The notes: generated by a model not told the origin, from the sequence alone. A stretch of DNA of 62,900 nucleotides, filler included, from Catajapyx aquilonaris (GCA_000934665.2; 2 parts of 2 records of this genome joined end to end with filler, not necessarily neighbours in it), one strand, 5' to 3'; shown: positions 51,101 to 62,900, counted from the first letter of the whole stretch. Numbers and translations are program-made.

Positions 51101-54100
51101 GTGAATGTGTGTCTGGGTCAGTTAGTGACCTGTCGCTCAGTGAATCTTGCTCCCACCATCCGCATTTTTCACCTCATGATGAGGTATCTCCTACACCAAC
51201 TCTTGCACTTCCAGAAAAATTCTCTGAACCACCAGCACCTTCCCCACCACTCCCAGGTATGGCTGGACCATTACTGCCTCCTCCCCCTTCCCCTCCACCC
51301 CCTCCTCCACTTCCTGGAATGTCTGGACCACCACCTCCTCCTCCACTTCCTGGAATGTTCGGACCACCACCTCCTCCTCCACTTCCTGGAATGTTCGGAC
51401 CACCACCTCCTCCTCCACTTCCTGGAATGTTCGGACCACCACCTCCTCCACCATTTCCTGGAATGTCCGGGCCACCACCCCCTCCTCCACTTCCTGGAAT
51501 GTCCGGGCCACCACCCCCTCCTCCACTTCCCGGGATGTCCGGACCACCCCCACCACCGCCGCCAACTGGTTGGTCTAATGTCCAGTCAGGAACCATGTCC
51601 CAGAAATTCCCCACGTGGCCTAGGCCCAATCGCCGTATGAAGACACTTAATTGGAGCAAAGTACCTTACAACTGTATAAACGAATCAGTCTGGACATCAG
51701 CCGGTGTCGCGCTGGCTGCCTCAAAATTGGCGCCAGGAGACTTCAACCAACTAGAAGAACTTTTCTGCCAGAAGACCACAGCTTCTGGGATATCAGGTGC
51801 AAATAAACCGGAGGAAAAACCAAGCAGTGCTTCAGAAGTGAACATCTTGGAGAGCAGGAGGAGTCTGGCCCTGAACATCTTCCTGAGGCAATTCAGGCAT
51901 ACGAGTCCGGAAGAGGTGGCAGCTATGGTGCAAAAAGGAGATATGAAGCTTTTCGGAGCTGAAAGGCTTCAGAGGCTCAAAAATATGCTGCCCCAAAAGG
52001 AAGAGCAAGAGGCTATCACAATACATTTGGAAGCCAATCCTGAGGTACGCCCTTGTTAATCAAATCCATTCATGAGAAGACTAGAGCGCAGCATATATGA
52101 ACGCCTTTTTAGTAACATGTATGGGTGGAATTTTCGTCCCGCTGATAGTTACTGCTAACTTAGCAGTACCAATCCACTACACTGGTACTGCTAAGTTAGC
52201 AGTAACTATCAGTGAGACGAAAATTCCACCCATGTCTTTTTTATTAATCTCATTATTACCATCGGAGCTGGGTTAAAATATTATGCTTAGCAAAAGTGTA
52301 ATGCCCCAACAAAGGCCCAACTCCAGCTGCAATAAATGGTGGGGGTTCAAGAAATAAGATCGTAATTTTAAAAGCACTTTAGTTTTATATATCTGCAATC
52401 CGACATGTAATTTGAGGAGATGCAATTTTGCACTTTGGAGTTGGGTCTATATGTTTTATTAGAGCATTCAATTGACAAACTACTGTCAAGTGTGACACTG
52501 CAGGTGTAATCAGCAGGCACTATATGATTACAGGATCGAGTGAAACTGGGTCCTCCTGAGAGATTCCTGCTGGCCCTCTCCGAAATCGAAGATCTGACTC
52601 TCCGCGTGGAGCTACTGCTTCTTCGAGAAGAATTTCCAGTCAGAGCCCAGGAGCTTGAATCCCAGCTTCAGCGACTTCTCAGGGGCTGCCAAGACCTGCA
52701 CGGCAACAACGACCTACCCATATTCCTAGCGTTTGTCCTCGGATTCGGAAACTTTCTGAATGCTGGAAGATCTATGGGAGATGCCAGAGGGTTCAGGATC
52801 TCTAGCCTTCCTGCACTACTGGAAACAAAGGCCAACAAAGCCAGGCTCACATTATTACATTCCGTAGTAGAGGTGGCGGAAAGGAAATGTCCACAAGGTC
52901 AGTTTTTTTTTGTAGAACGGGAGAACTTTCGGTAGTTTTAAGGTCAATATTAAATATTTTGTGTTTACAGCTCTGAAGTTTTGCTCGCTTGCTGCAAGTT
53001 TGGAAAGTGCATCGAAGCTTCCGTTGGAGGCAATGCGAAGTGATGTGCGACAACTGGCTAGTGATGTGCGCCAGATGAAAGTAAAGGTTTTGCAAGCTTC
53101 CCCTGCTCTCCAGGAGGAATTTCAAGGTTAGTAGTTATTAATGCGGCCGACTTTAGTATATAGTAAAAGAGGCAACAGTAATCGCCCAAGTTGTGGTGTT
53201 CCAAGATGTGAAATTCGTACGAAATGATAAAAATATTTTTTTGGCTTGTTGAATTTCACCAGATATGTTACAAGAAAAGGGGCGATAAGTGATAAAAGCG
53301 TGTTTTCCTTTTTACTGTACATTTTAAAATATTGCAGATGTTCTGGAGCAATCAACCTCAAAAGTAACTGCAATGGAACAAACGATGGAAATTATTAACA
53401 GCTACGTTCCAAAACTGGCGAAATACTTTTGCGAAGACCCGTCAAAATTTGTGCTGGAGGACAGCTTCAGATTGCTAGCCCAACTGGGACATAAAGTTCA
53501 ACAGACGCTAAAGGTATCAATAATACAGTGTAATTATTTCCAACAAAACTGGCAAGAAATGGCTAAAAATTATTTTGCACAGTGTATGTTCAATCATGGA
53601 GCATCTGATCAAAGGTCACGGGTGCAAAAATATTAGTTTTGTTACGTGTAGTAACCCGCCTCAAGACGGATAGATTAAACTCAAAGTGCTTTAGATCTAT
53701 CCCAGATAGCGAGGCAAGTTATATGCTTGAGAGCACCTTTATTAATAAATATATTAATTACGTACCGGTACTTCCCTTTACAGTAATTATGCTAGGACAT
53801 TCATATATCCTTCAATTTTACACCGCCACCTTTTTAGGGCAACGTGATCGTTGCCTTTTTAGAAGGAGATATTTATTTGAAGTAAGATTTTAGTGAATAT
53901 ATTCTTGTTGAGAACACATGTGACGTTTTACCAGATGCTCCGCAATGGCTTTACGGAACAAAATCTGAGTTTGCCAAATACGATTTTTATTCATGCCCCA
54001 TTACCATGACTCTTTTGGGGGGTTAAACTTGCCAAATATCTCAGGAGTAAATAAAAAACTCAGAAATTGAGATGTGCTTCTGCTTCAGCGAGAAATAACA

Positions 54101-54758
54101 GAAATCTTATTGATCGGTGATAATATTCATGAATTGATTGTAAGGCCCAACTTTTCAGTCTTCTAATGCAAAGTGTACAAATCCAATGAAATTTTTAACA
54201 GGAAAGGTCCAAATTCAAATTGTTACCTTGAAACTTGTAGTGGATATTTTATTTCTAATATGAGTGCAAAATAATCATACAAACCAGAAAAACGAGCCCT
54301 TTTATTTGAAAATCGCAATTTGCACTTGCAGCATTTATGTATTAGCAAATAATATGATACCACAGTGCTTGGTTGACCATAAGTAATGAATAATACATTA
54401 GGTTTAGCGTCATAAACTTGTATATTAACTTATTTCCTGCTTGTGGTGAACAATAGTACAAGTAGACTCTCAATCTCAGTATTGGTGCTCATGACCTGCT
54501 TTACTGTGTGTTCAGTGTGGATACCATTGCTGAAGTGTACTTTTCCTTCCTCGTTAGGACAACGAAGAAATTCGTAAACGTGAAGCCAAACGGGCTGAGA
54601 GAGAGGCCCAGATGACACTGAAACCAATCATCGCTAAGAGCGTGAAGACTGCATCTAAAAAGATGGAAGAGACCCTCGAGGAGTGTTTAATCGATCGAAT
54701 ATTTGCAGATATAAAAAGGGGCGATTTTCGCCTGAGAAAATTGGCCAAAGTGAAGTAA
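45182..54758 (+). CDS. INF2: Inverted formin 2-like formin (DID - FH1 - FH2 - DAD/WH2), ~1070 aa, 9 exons
   Basis: Exons: 45182-45263 (MMADKRSVRLW.., phase-compatible), 46568-46957 (WDPELCVQLVRLPRVRNYVGIRKLLESADKEWMLEFL, matching the INF2 N-terminal DID), 49226-49501 (KKQVLELLSALCVFS), 49934-50133, 50677-52044 (polyproline FH1; FH2 start MKTLNWSKV), 52534-52897 (GNFLNAG..ARGFRISSL), 52971-53126, 53338-53513 (YFCED), 54558-54758 (CLIDRIFADIKRGDFRLRK, INF2-type DAD/WH2). Total 3213 nt, all GT-AG. Confidence 0.93.
48502..48544. mobile_element. 43-bp TIR-only mini-element (CAGTGTTGGACA family) in INF2 intron 2
   Basis: TA|CAGTGTTGGACATTAA-gcgagcctcga-TTAATGTCCAACACTG|TA; same termini as 60687-60848. 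Confidence 0.85.
51289..51561 (+). repeat. Coding 36-nt tandem repeat (PPPPPPLPGM[S/F]G x7) forming the FH1 domain
   Basis: Directly visible near-identical units ccaccacctcctcctccacttcctggaatgttcgga. Confidence 0.95.
52123..52231. mobile_element. 109-bp hairpin MITE (GGG..CCC termini) in INF2 intron 5
   Basis: ~49-bp arms with 2 mismatches and an 11-nt loop. Confidence 0.8.
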
Positions 54759-55686
54759 AGTAAAAAAGATTTAACGTCCTCATATTTTATGTGCGTTTCA
54801 GTTGGCTTGAGGAATTGTAAATACGTGAGTGAGCTAGAAATATGATGATTGGCGAGTTGGGTATTTAGTAAACAATGCATTTAAGATATGCCATGGAAGT
54901 ACTAAGTACATGAAAATGGCCAAGGTGATGCTATACATGTTGCCTGTCTCAGCAGTGAAATGTTGATTAATTGTTTACTGAATAATTGCCAGCTTTCAAG
55001 CTCATAAGTTCATATCACCTTACAAGCCGAGACGCGGTAATGTTTCCAGGCATTTTTAAATTAAATAAATATTTTATGTCATCTAGGCCTACAACTTCGG
55101 TTGAGTTCAAGACACTGAAAACGTATAACTAAATACAAATGCTATTGATCCATGACACGCATTATTTTGAGTTAAAATGATAATTGTCCACAACCTAACT
55201 GAAGTTCCGGACCTATAGATGACGATAGTTTTCTTAATCTGAAGGGTACCCTGTAAATCGGAATCATTATAATAAAATACGCTTGTTAATATTTAAATGC
55301 CGAGTAATTGTTAAAGTTCAAACCATATTTTATTACAGATTACTCGTAATTTGATAAAACTGCTAAAAAGTGACAAATTACAGAAGTAAATATCAGGGTG
55401 CAGAGCGATGTTCCAAACCTCAATCGCTTCAGAAGTAGGATTTACATTTTCCAGGACTCCGTAATCATGCCAACTGGACTTCAGAGCAAGTTTTCGCTCA
55501 AATACATGAAAATTCAGGTCTGTTTTCCATAAATTCATAACTATAGCAGTTTCTTCGCTAGCTTTTTCCATGGTAAGTAATCAAAAATCTCTGGTATAAG
55601 TTTGCATTCGCTATAAGAAAAATACCATCGTGGATTGGTCCACGCACGACAATCACGACTGACCTGCAGCAGGGTCATCATGGGGC

Positions 55687-55917
55687 TCGAACTATACGTT
55701 AGCATGGGAATCGGAAAATGGGCGAAGTCCACGGGGGTGCCCTGAGGGTGAGGGGTCAAAGACACCGCTCCCGTTCACTACTCGTCATCGGATTCCTGAC
55801 ATACACTATCGTCATGGATTCGACAAGTGCACCTACCAGCCGAGTTTGGTGCGCTTGCGATGCTCTGTGTGGCGTACAGAGAGGCTCAGAACCACGCGCA
55901 GAACAACTAGTGCATGA
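55687..55917. mobile_element. Partial inverted copy of the 30924-31255 element
   Basis: Shared ggaatcggaaaa..acgggggtgccc..ggggtcaaagacac..tcgtcatggattcg..cacctacc..ggcgtacag.gaggctcaga. Confidence 0.8.
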
Positions 55918-58085
55918 GTGCCAATTCATTTCTATGTCATTGTCTTACAGTATACGCCGATTTCAGAGCACATGGTTTCTACTTCTAATTAACTAGTTCG
56001 ACCCGTTGCCAGACTTTGGAAACACTGCCTTACTCCTCCCCAACTTTAATGACATGTTTGATTGTTTATTCATGTCAATAGAAGAATAATTACTAAGTAA
56101 CTGTGTTGTTACAATGTGTTTCTTCTATTTAGCAGACATAAGCAGACGGAATGAATAAGGGACCTGCTTATACAATGAATGTTAAAGGTAACACGGCAAC
56201 AAGGAAGAAAATTTCAGAGGGAGCTCTCATATCGTAACCTACAGTGCGGAAAACTAAACGGCGAGTCGATCAGACTTCATTACGCATTGTTCTTTTTTGT
56301 TGACATTGTTTACTCATTACTGTTGTGTGAGGGTATTTCCATGGAAACCTTGATGACGTCAGACCGCAGTTTAGTTTTCCGAACTGTATTATGTGGAAGT
56401 GGAAAATAAGTGCTAGTGTCTTCTTTACACAGTATTTTTTAAAAAGCTTATATCCAACTATTCTCAGTGATGACATGATGCCATATTATCAATTTTTTTA
56501 ATTAATAGGAAGTCGGGAAATGATTTTAATGACTTTTAAATAAAAAGGATGGAAGGCCTCATGACTGACTATACAGGTACTGTACCATATCAGTAAAATA
56601 ATTTTTCCTCTGAAAAAGTGGTGTTTCAGAGAGCCCTGTAGATTCCTAAGATAAGGCGGTGATATATTTTTTTGGTCACCTCACCCACGGGGCAAGCCGG
56701 CACGGACCTATGAAAATGTCAAGGTTAAGCTGTTCAATATTTGCGTAAATGCACACCTGTCACACTACAGGACAATATTATTGCTAGTTGTGCATGTCAA
56801 GTTTGCATGCCGGGGTGATATCGACAGAAATAATATATTTATGCATCCGCTCATGACTGATACACGCATTTGGGTATTCAGCGCCACAGTTTTTTTTTTC
56901 GGGGGGGGGGGGGGNGGTCAATGTGGTTTAGATAAACAAGCAGGGGACTGGCTTCTGGACTAAAACAATTGCGGGCATCATGGATGACCATTGAGATTTT
57001 AATTTAAACCACTTATTGTGCGGATGAATATTTCCCGCGCTGCAGTTTCACCTGACAGTTGACAATTCTCGCGAGAGATGTCGCAGCCTCACCCATCAAT
57101 TTTTTTTCCATTCGGTAATGAGAGCCATCCTGTGCTCTTCAATGTAACCATCTAACCTCCATTTTTTGTTTACTTTTACTTGTGATTGCAAAACCACATG
57201 ACATGATTCTCCTGTGGTAGCGTAATCTACACCGCTCTGCTGCGGTGCAGCGGCTGGTGTGCAGCAGTGACCATGCAGGAACAGGAAGGCACTAGTTAGT
57301 TTTCGTACCCCTTAGGGAGGGTTGATTATGTATTGTAATATCCAAGCCTCACATGTGGAAACTAATTCTCTTATCACTCATACTCTTGGCCAGTGTGTGC
57401 ATGTTTTGTGTAGTCACTCGACATTAGATGTCATCATTACTTCACTCTTGACTATTAACCAGTACACAACACATTCGAGGTTGATAGTCCCAGTACGGTT
57501 GCAGCGAAACTGATGGACATCATTAGTGTGCGCTTTTGACATACCGTAATTATCGGAATGACAGTGAATGTCTGATCCAAGTAAAACATGCGGTAGTGAC
57601 TGTGCTGGACATTACGTCCAATCACCTTTAGAGGCGGGATATTTATACAGCCATTCTCGAGGCATGTGGAACCATGCAACATTGTTCGTTTGGGTGGGAA
57701 GAAGCCAAAGCAACTAAGGCTATCTGACTTTTAGACGATACAAAACTGCAGCAAAACTGGGACAGATGGAGATAAAAAACGAAGAGAAAAAATAAGGCTG
57801 GTTTTTATTAATGTTTTATACATTTGATCATGTTCTCAAAATAATATAAACAATTTGCAATAATATAAACTATATGGCTCATAAAACCGTAACTGAATTA
57901 CTGCAAGTACAACATTATACTGTTAGGAGGTAAAGTACGATTTCTAGATTTTAGACATCTAGACTTCTAGAGGATAGCAAAAAGAACAGGTTACAAAAAA
58001 AATATATATATCAAATAATGGGACACACATCTAGGGCAGGTTTACATAAACAAACAGGAGAGGCTAGAACTGCCCCACCCAAGTA

Positions 58086-58167
58086 ATTGTTTGCCTCCTA
58101 CCCCTATATGATTGTTCGCCTCCTACCCCTATATGATTGTTCGCCTCCTACCCCTATATGATTGTTC
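58086..58167. repeat. 25-bp minisatellite x3.2
   Basis: Unit attgttcgcctcctacccctatatg. Confidence 0.95.
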
Positions 58168-58847
58168 TGGCTTGGGTGACCCTGCCAGTAGGTGAAGCTA
58201 CCACTGGCATAGCAGTCAGAGTTGACAGAGCACAGAAGCCCTATCCCCATGGCAATGGCAATACCATTGATGGAGCCTTTGAACATAATTGACTTCATTA
58301 TTTTGGCTGCAACACAACCTTACTGTGAAGGTGCTTGTGAATGTGGTATATTTTTTAAAAGGCATTACCTGCTTTTGTTTATTTATTAGGAAAATGTGCC
58401 AGTCAGACAGCCAATGGGTTTGCAGTACGCTTACACCAGGGTTCCGCAAGAAATAGTGATGAATAGGCTGATCATAAGGACATGCATTTTGAGTCATTAA
58501 TTGGCAGGTCTATAATATAAAAAATTTCATGTAGGGGTTCCCTGAGACATGAATATTATTTCAAGGGTTCAGCAAGGATAAAAAGGTTCAGAAACCATGG
58601 CTTACATTGTTCACATGAGAAGCATGACCATTTTGTCAAAAATTAATTGACTGATTTTGACTTACATTGGTCACACTTATATTGCATGCAGACAAAAAGT
58701 GATGAGTTGCTGTTTCTGGCATTAGCACCTTGCCACCTGATACCTTGATTGTGATGTAAAGGGGATTTGACTATTCCCATCTCACTTTATCCCTAAAGTA
58801 CACATATGGTGATGTCATCAGGTGGGGATTTAGAAGAGAAGCTTATA

Positions 58848-59513
58848 CAGTGAAACCTGTGTATAGCGGAATCCCCGAAAAATTTCCGTTATGGACAGGT
58901 TTCCGCTATAACCAGATCAAGGACATTACTCATTTTTTTTGCTCGCGGGAAAGAGAGGAAAATGGGGAGAGCAAAAATAAGCACCTTACCTCAATATGGT
59001 GCAAAATCATAATTTTGCCTGCTCCATTGGACCATATCAGCCCGGACTCGGGCAATATGTTGAACCCATGTCAACCCCTTGCTCTTCCCCGACATAACTG
59101 GAGTACTGGACTGAACCCTAAACTAAAAGGGATCACCTACGAGTCACATGAGTCACATCTTCTTGGCCCGTCAGGAAAGCCGATTTTCGAGTTTCGCAGC
59201 CAAAAATAGTCCCACCCTTTATCTTTAAGGCCACAAGCCATAGCAATTCCAGAAATTACCAGACAAAAGTGGTCCAAAAAAGGTTATTCAGAGGCCACCT
59301 GGAATTGCCAAAAGTGAACCCGGCTTTCCATTATGAACAGGGATTTTCTCTGTAGCGAGCCAAAAATTCCCTCCGTTTTCGCGTTGGGCAGGTTCCGTTA
59401 TATCCGTCAAAAAATACATTGTATGCCCTATGCATATGCCCGTTCCCGGAAAAAAAATCCGTAATGGATAGGTTTCCGCTATATCTAGGGTCCATTATGG
59501 GCAGGTTTCACTG
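58848..59513. mobile_element. 666-bp pogo/Tigger-type MITE
   Basis: TA|CAGTGAAACCTG..CAGGTTTCACTG|TA with subterminal ccgttatggacaggtttccgctata repeats. Confidence 0.88.
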
Positions 59514-59565
59514 TATTATTTAAAAAATTGATTGTGTCACTTTAATTGGGTAGATCAGGTGGTGG

Positions 59566-59601
<36 letters not shown>

Positions 59602-59627
59602 CCCCCCCNCCCTTTTTTTTTTTTGTG

Positions 59628-59884
59628 TGTGAGCTTAGCTGATCTCACAGAGGTGCTGGGATCAGGAGCCAATACAGGTGGCTCCACCACTAGCGGGCAA
59701 TTCTGAACAATTTTGGTTGACTCTGATTGGCTGGAGTAGTAGAGGCCTGTACTACTACAGCCAATCGGAGTCGACCGAAATGGTTCAGAATTGCCCGCTA
59801 GTGGCGGCGCCACCTGTATTGGCACCTGCTCCCAGCGCCTCTGTGGCCAACCCCCCTTTGTGGGGGAGGTCAGCTAAGCTCGCA
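59628..59884. mobile_element. ~255-bp fold-back element beside a (CT)n/poly-C/poly-T tract
   Basis: Arms ~59647-59742 and ~59750-59845 are imperfect reverse complements; outer gagcttagctga / tcagctaagctc. Confidence 0.8.
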
Positions 59885-59986
59885 GGGGGAGCAATGTATC
59901 AGGTATATGAGTGACCAGGACCTGGGGTAGATAGTCAATGTTTAGGTTTTTATTACATGTATCTATTCTTTTAACTTGTTCTCACC

Positions 59987-60337
59987 AGAGGGAGGTGGAG
60001 TGGTGCTGCGGTAACGCACGCGCCCACGGATGTTAAGGTCCCAGGTTCGATCCCAGCCCAGGGTTCCCCCCTTCATCTCGTGCAGAGTTGGGCCATCTCT
60101 GGCTTCGTCTCGGGTGGAAATTTCCGCTAGACTAATCCACCCGGGGGAGTTCACAAAATGACCAGGCAATGGCATTGCACTTGCACTTTGCACATCCCCT
60201 CCTACTTACCCTTGGAACAATTAAATAATATAAATATTATTTGGTTCCAAATATGGTGGTATTCCCACCCCCCTAAGAGAGCTTTGGCCCTAGCACGGGG
60301 TATCTAAAAAAAACAACGAAAAAACAACAAAAAAACC
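59987..60337 (+). mobile_element. SINE family 2, copy c
   Basis: A and B boxes, A-rich tail, perfect 13-bp TSD acttgttctcacc at 59974-59986 and 60338-60350. Confidence 0.92.
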
Positions 60338-60686
60338 ACTTGTTCTCACCTTGTTAAAAATATTCAGAGATCCAAATCCATAACTTGAAACAGGTGATCA
60401 GTCACCTGTGTGCATGCACTTCTGCAAGTACATGACTTGCTTGCAGGATGCAGGCCTAATAGATTATGCCATTGTCATCTGCTTGTCATGCATGATTTTT
60501 GTAGTTTTATTATGAGAGGGGAGATGATGGAAATGCTAATGTTTTGTGACATCATGTCCAGTTGTCATCCAAGGAGAATAGGGCAGGAAGTGGCCAAATG
60601 ACAGATCCACTGAGAGGAAATCCCACATGACTTGAGCTGTCGTGTAATTGCAGTACATTTTTTGTACCCAGAATTTTACATTTTAG

Positions 60687-60848
60687 CAGTGTTGGACATT
60701 AATCGCGTCATACTGCTAGCGACATTTTCCGGAGCGGCAGAAGAACAAATCTTGCATGCACAGCTTGCACTATCAATTGCTTCGATTAATTCTTCTGCTG
60801 CTTTGGAAAATGTCGCTAGCAATATGAAGCACTTACTGTCCAACACTG
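60687..60848. mobile_element. 162-bp MITE, CAGTGTTGGACA family
   Basis: ~60-bp imperfect TIRs (cagtgttggaca..tgctagcgacattttcc..gcagaagaa); TA at the right flank. Confidence 0.8.
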
Positions 60849-61223
60849 TACTAACCATTACATTGTCCTCCCTCTTGTGACAAGACTGTATCCATTGCAG
60901 GTATACTATCACTCATTTTTGTGGGGGGCCCCTTGCTTCTTTTTGCTTAGCTTTCACTCCATTTTTCAAGAAACTGGACATGATTCATAAATCTACCCTA
61001 CAAAGCTTGTCTGTGCAGAAAAATAGCAGGAATATATTGTGCATAATGTTTTTGCTTGGATTGGAATGAGGTTGCAACTATTTTCTCTTTGGACAAGTAT
61101 TTTAAAATTCTCCATAAAAATATTAAGTAGCTCTAGTGTTATAGGTCAAAATTGGTCACTTAGGGCCACCTGCCCCATTTGAACAGTGTGGAATTCATGC
61201 GAAAATTATTATTTAGCATGAAT

Positions 61224-61500
61224 ACCAAAGCAGTTTGGAGTAGGGGATGTGGTGTCCGACTGTTAATCGGGAGGTCCTGGGATCAAATCCCGGGGCCGGC
61301 AACTCTGACGGTGGTTTCCTGTGGTTTCCCACGGTCCTTCCAGGAAAATTCCAGAGTTGCTTCCATAATTAATAGGCCACAGCCGCTTCCTTCCGTCCCT
61401 ATCCTATCCCAAAGAGCCCAGTAAAATGAAAAAGCAAAGAGTTCCAGGCAAAACAAACTTCCCCCCTAAAGAGCCGAAAAAGGCTGATAACGGGGTATGA

Positions 61501-61563
<63 letters not shown>
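61224..61563 (+). mobile_element. tRNA(Asn-like)-derived SINE, family 3, with Lm1/Inv-like central domain and (ATT)n tail
   Basis: Anticodon arm ccgaCTGTTAAtcgg, B box GGATCAAATCCC. The core ggtttcctgtggtttcc..aggccacagccgcttccttcc resembles the conserved core of Lm1-type invertebrate SINEs (from memory). 19-bp TSD attattatttagcatgaat at 61205-61223 and 61564-61582. Confidence 0.85.
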
Positions 61564-61572
<9 letters not shown>

Positions 61573-61633
61573 TAGCATGAATTAGCAGGCACCCCAAGAT
61601 AATTTCGTAATGAGCATCCTTTGGTCTTCACAG

Positions 61634-61808
61634 ATGGCACTGGTGGAGACATATCACGTATGAAACAATGGCCCTTGAAACATCAGCAGCAGCAATCAGA
61701 CTGGGACTGTGGGGTGGCGTGTGTGGCAATGTTGCTGCCCCAGGACAAGCGAAGGGAACTGCTTGACAACCTCACTACTATTTGCCATGAGGAAGGGTTT
61801 GACCGAAG
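61634..61808 (+). CDS. GUCD1: Internal exon of GUCD1-like (C22orf13; peptidase C39-like fold) gene; the rest lies beyond the window or was not located
   Basis: Acceptor tcttcacag at 61625-61633 and donor AG|gtaaaa at 61808. Translation HQQQQSDWDCGVACVAMLL..ICHEEGFDR resembles the GUCD1 Q-x-x-x-W-D-C-G-x-A-C-x-x-M-x-L motif. The phase-2 AG would begin the S of the following S-x-W-T-I-D-L motif. Confidence 0.8.
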
Positions 61809-62543
61809 GTAAAAATTTTAATGGGAAAGGGTGCAGAGTGACTTCATCTCCTTCACCCCCATATCTCTTGCATAGCACCTTCCAGAACTTGACTAAAGAT
61901 AATGTGTATTCACTGTTCCGATTTTTTGAAATGTTGCGCAAAAACTTGTTATTCTGTGACATTGAAATGTAGTAAACCAGAAAATGGAAAACTATTAGAA
62001 ACTGGTGCTGATGTAATATATTTGCAACTATTCCTGTACAGAGTGAGTTGATGTCCCCCTAAAAAGGCCCAAGGCCTTATGGCGTAAATTAAATAAATAA
62101 AAATAAAATATACAGTACTAGCAGGGGACCCATTCTTCGCACTGCACTGGGATTCATAAATGAAAGTTTGTAAAACCTGCATATACTGTACAAGCTGCGA
62201 TACCCGTTCTTTGCAAGGGGGAAGAAACGTTCAGATTATTTTATAGAGATCTTTCCAAGCATTATTATCATTCAAAAACAAACCAGAATTTTCACACCCT
62301 TGCATTGCCTGCATATGCAAGGGAATGAGCAATTGCTTTTAGTAATGCCTGGAAAGATCTCTCTATAAATCTGAATGCATTTTTTCCCATGCGAAGAATG
62401 GGTATCGCAGCTAACCTGTTATTAGTTGTAAAATCTCTTGTCTGTATCTTCAGAGTAGGCGCAAGGGAAAATCTAGGCATTTTTGGCCTAGCTGGTAGCG
62501 AAGGGGTTAACTCCTGTGCTACCAGCTATACTGCCATCGCATC

Positions 62544-62805
62544 GCCTAGATTTTCGTTTCTGTTAAACTTACCATGTACTCTGAAGATAAAAATAACATA
62601 TTTCACAAATAATAACAGCTATTCTTACACGTTCATGCTCTACGCTATGTATGTGTTTGGAACTATTGTCATCGTCTAGAAGTCCCTAAATTAATTTCCA
62701 AATTTCATTGCCTAGATTTTGGCTTACACATATTCTGAAGATAAGGACAAGATATTTCATAAGTAATAACTGCTACACATACACGTTCATGCTCTACACT
62801 ATGCA
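62544..62805. repeat. Diverged direct duplication (~100-bp unit, 166-bp spacing) in the GUCD1 intron
   Basis: gcctagatttt..tctgaagataa..atatttca..taataac.gcta..tacacgttcatgctctac.ctatg at 62544 and 62710. Confidence 0.8.
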
Positions 62806-62900
62806 CAGTGGGTAAAATCGCGAAATTCATGGTCAACAATAATTTATGTTTGGATTAGCGTGAATTTAGTGTTTGGGAGTTACTCAAGCACGCGGACGAT

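Noticed and set aside
51101..51659. Overlapping long ORFs (His/Leu-rich, Gly-rich, Glu/Val-rich)
   Set aside because: Alternative-frame and antisense shadows of the FH1 polyproline repeat.
56549..56576. Possible first GUCD1 exon (MEGLMTDYT, phase 1)
   Set aside because: Phase-compatible but weak donor and no homology; too speculative.
58086..58167. Short direct repeats as a CRISPR-like array
   Set aside because: No spacers and no cas genes; ordinary minisatellite in eukaryotic DNA.
62480..62510. piggyBac-like end ..gcgaaGGGG|TTAA (also GGG|TTAA at ~45133)
   Set aside because: No matching opposite terminus found.

Overview
AT-rich animal genomic DNA, probably arthropod (inferred from 60-130 nt GT-AG introns and an Lm1-like SINE). 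There is nothing prokaryotic and no CRISPR array. A 100-nt assembly spacer at 31382-31481 splits the window. The left half has no gene I can support. It is a dense field of non-autonomous DNA transposons (hAT, Tc1/mariner, pogo, Sola2-like), a nested and decayed Academ (XPG/PIN plus Cys-finger) transposon, and tRNA-derived SINEs. The right half holds two tandem minus-strand Aa_trans (SLC32/36/38-type) amino acid transporter paralogs, a complete 9-exon INF2-type inverted formin (~1070 aa) head-to-head with them, and one internal exon of GUCD1. All exon structures were derived by hand from splice sites and frame. I found no clearly new biological system. The best leads are: (i) three SINE families with different tRNA heads that share a 3' stem-loop with compensatory changes; (ii) two different SINEs inserted at the same target site; (iii) an INF2 that stops right after its DAD/WH2 (no CAAX) but carries an acidic FFAT/LIR-like motif; (iv) a precise intron presence/absence difference between the transporter paralogs.
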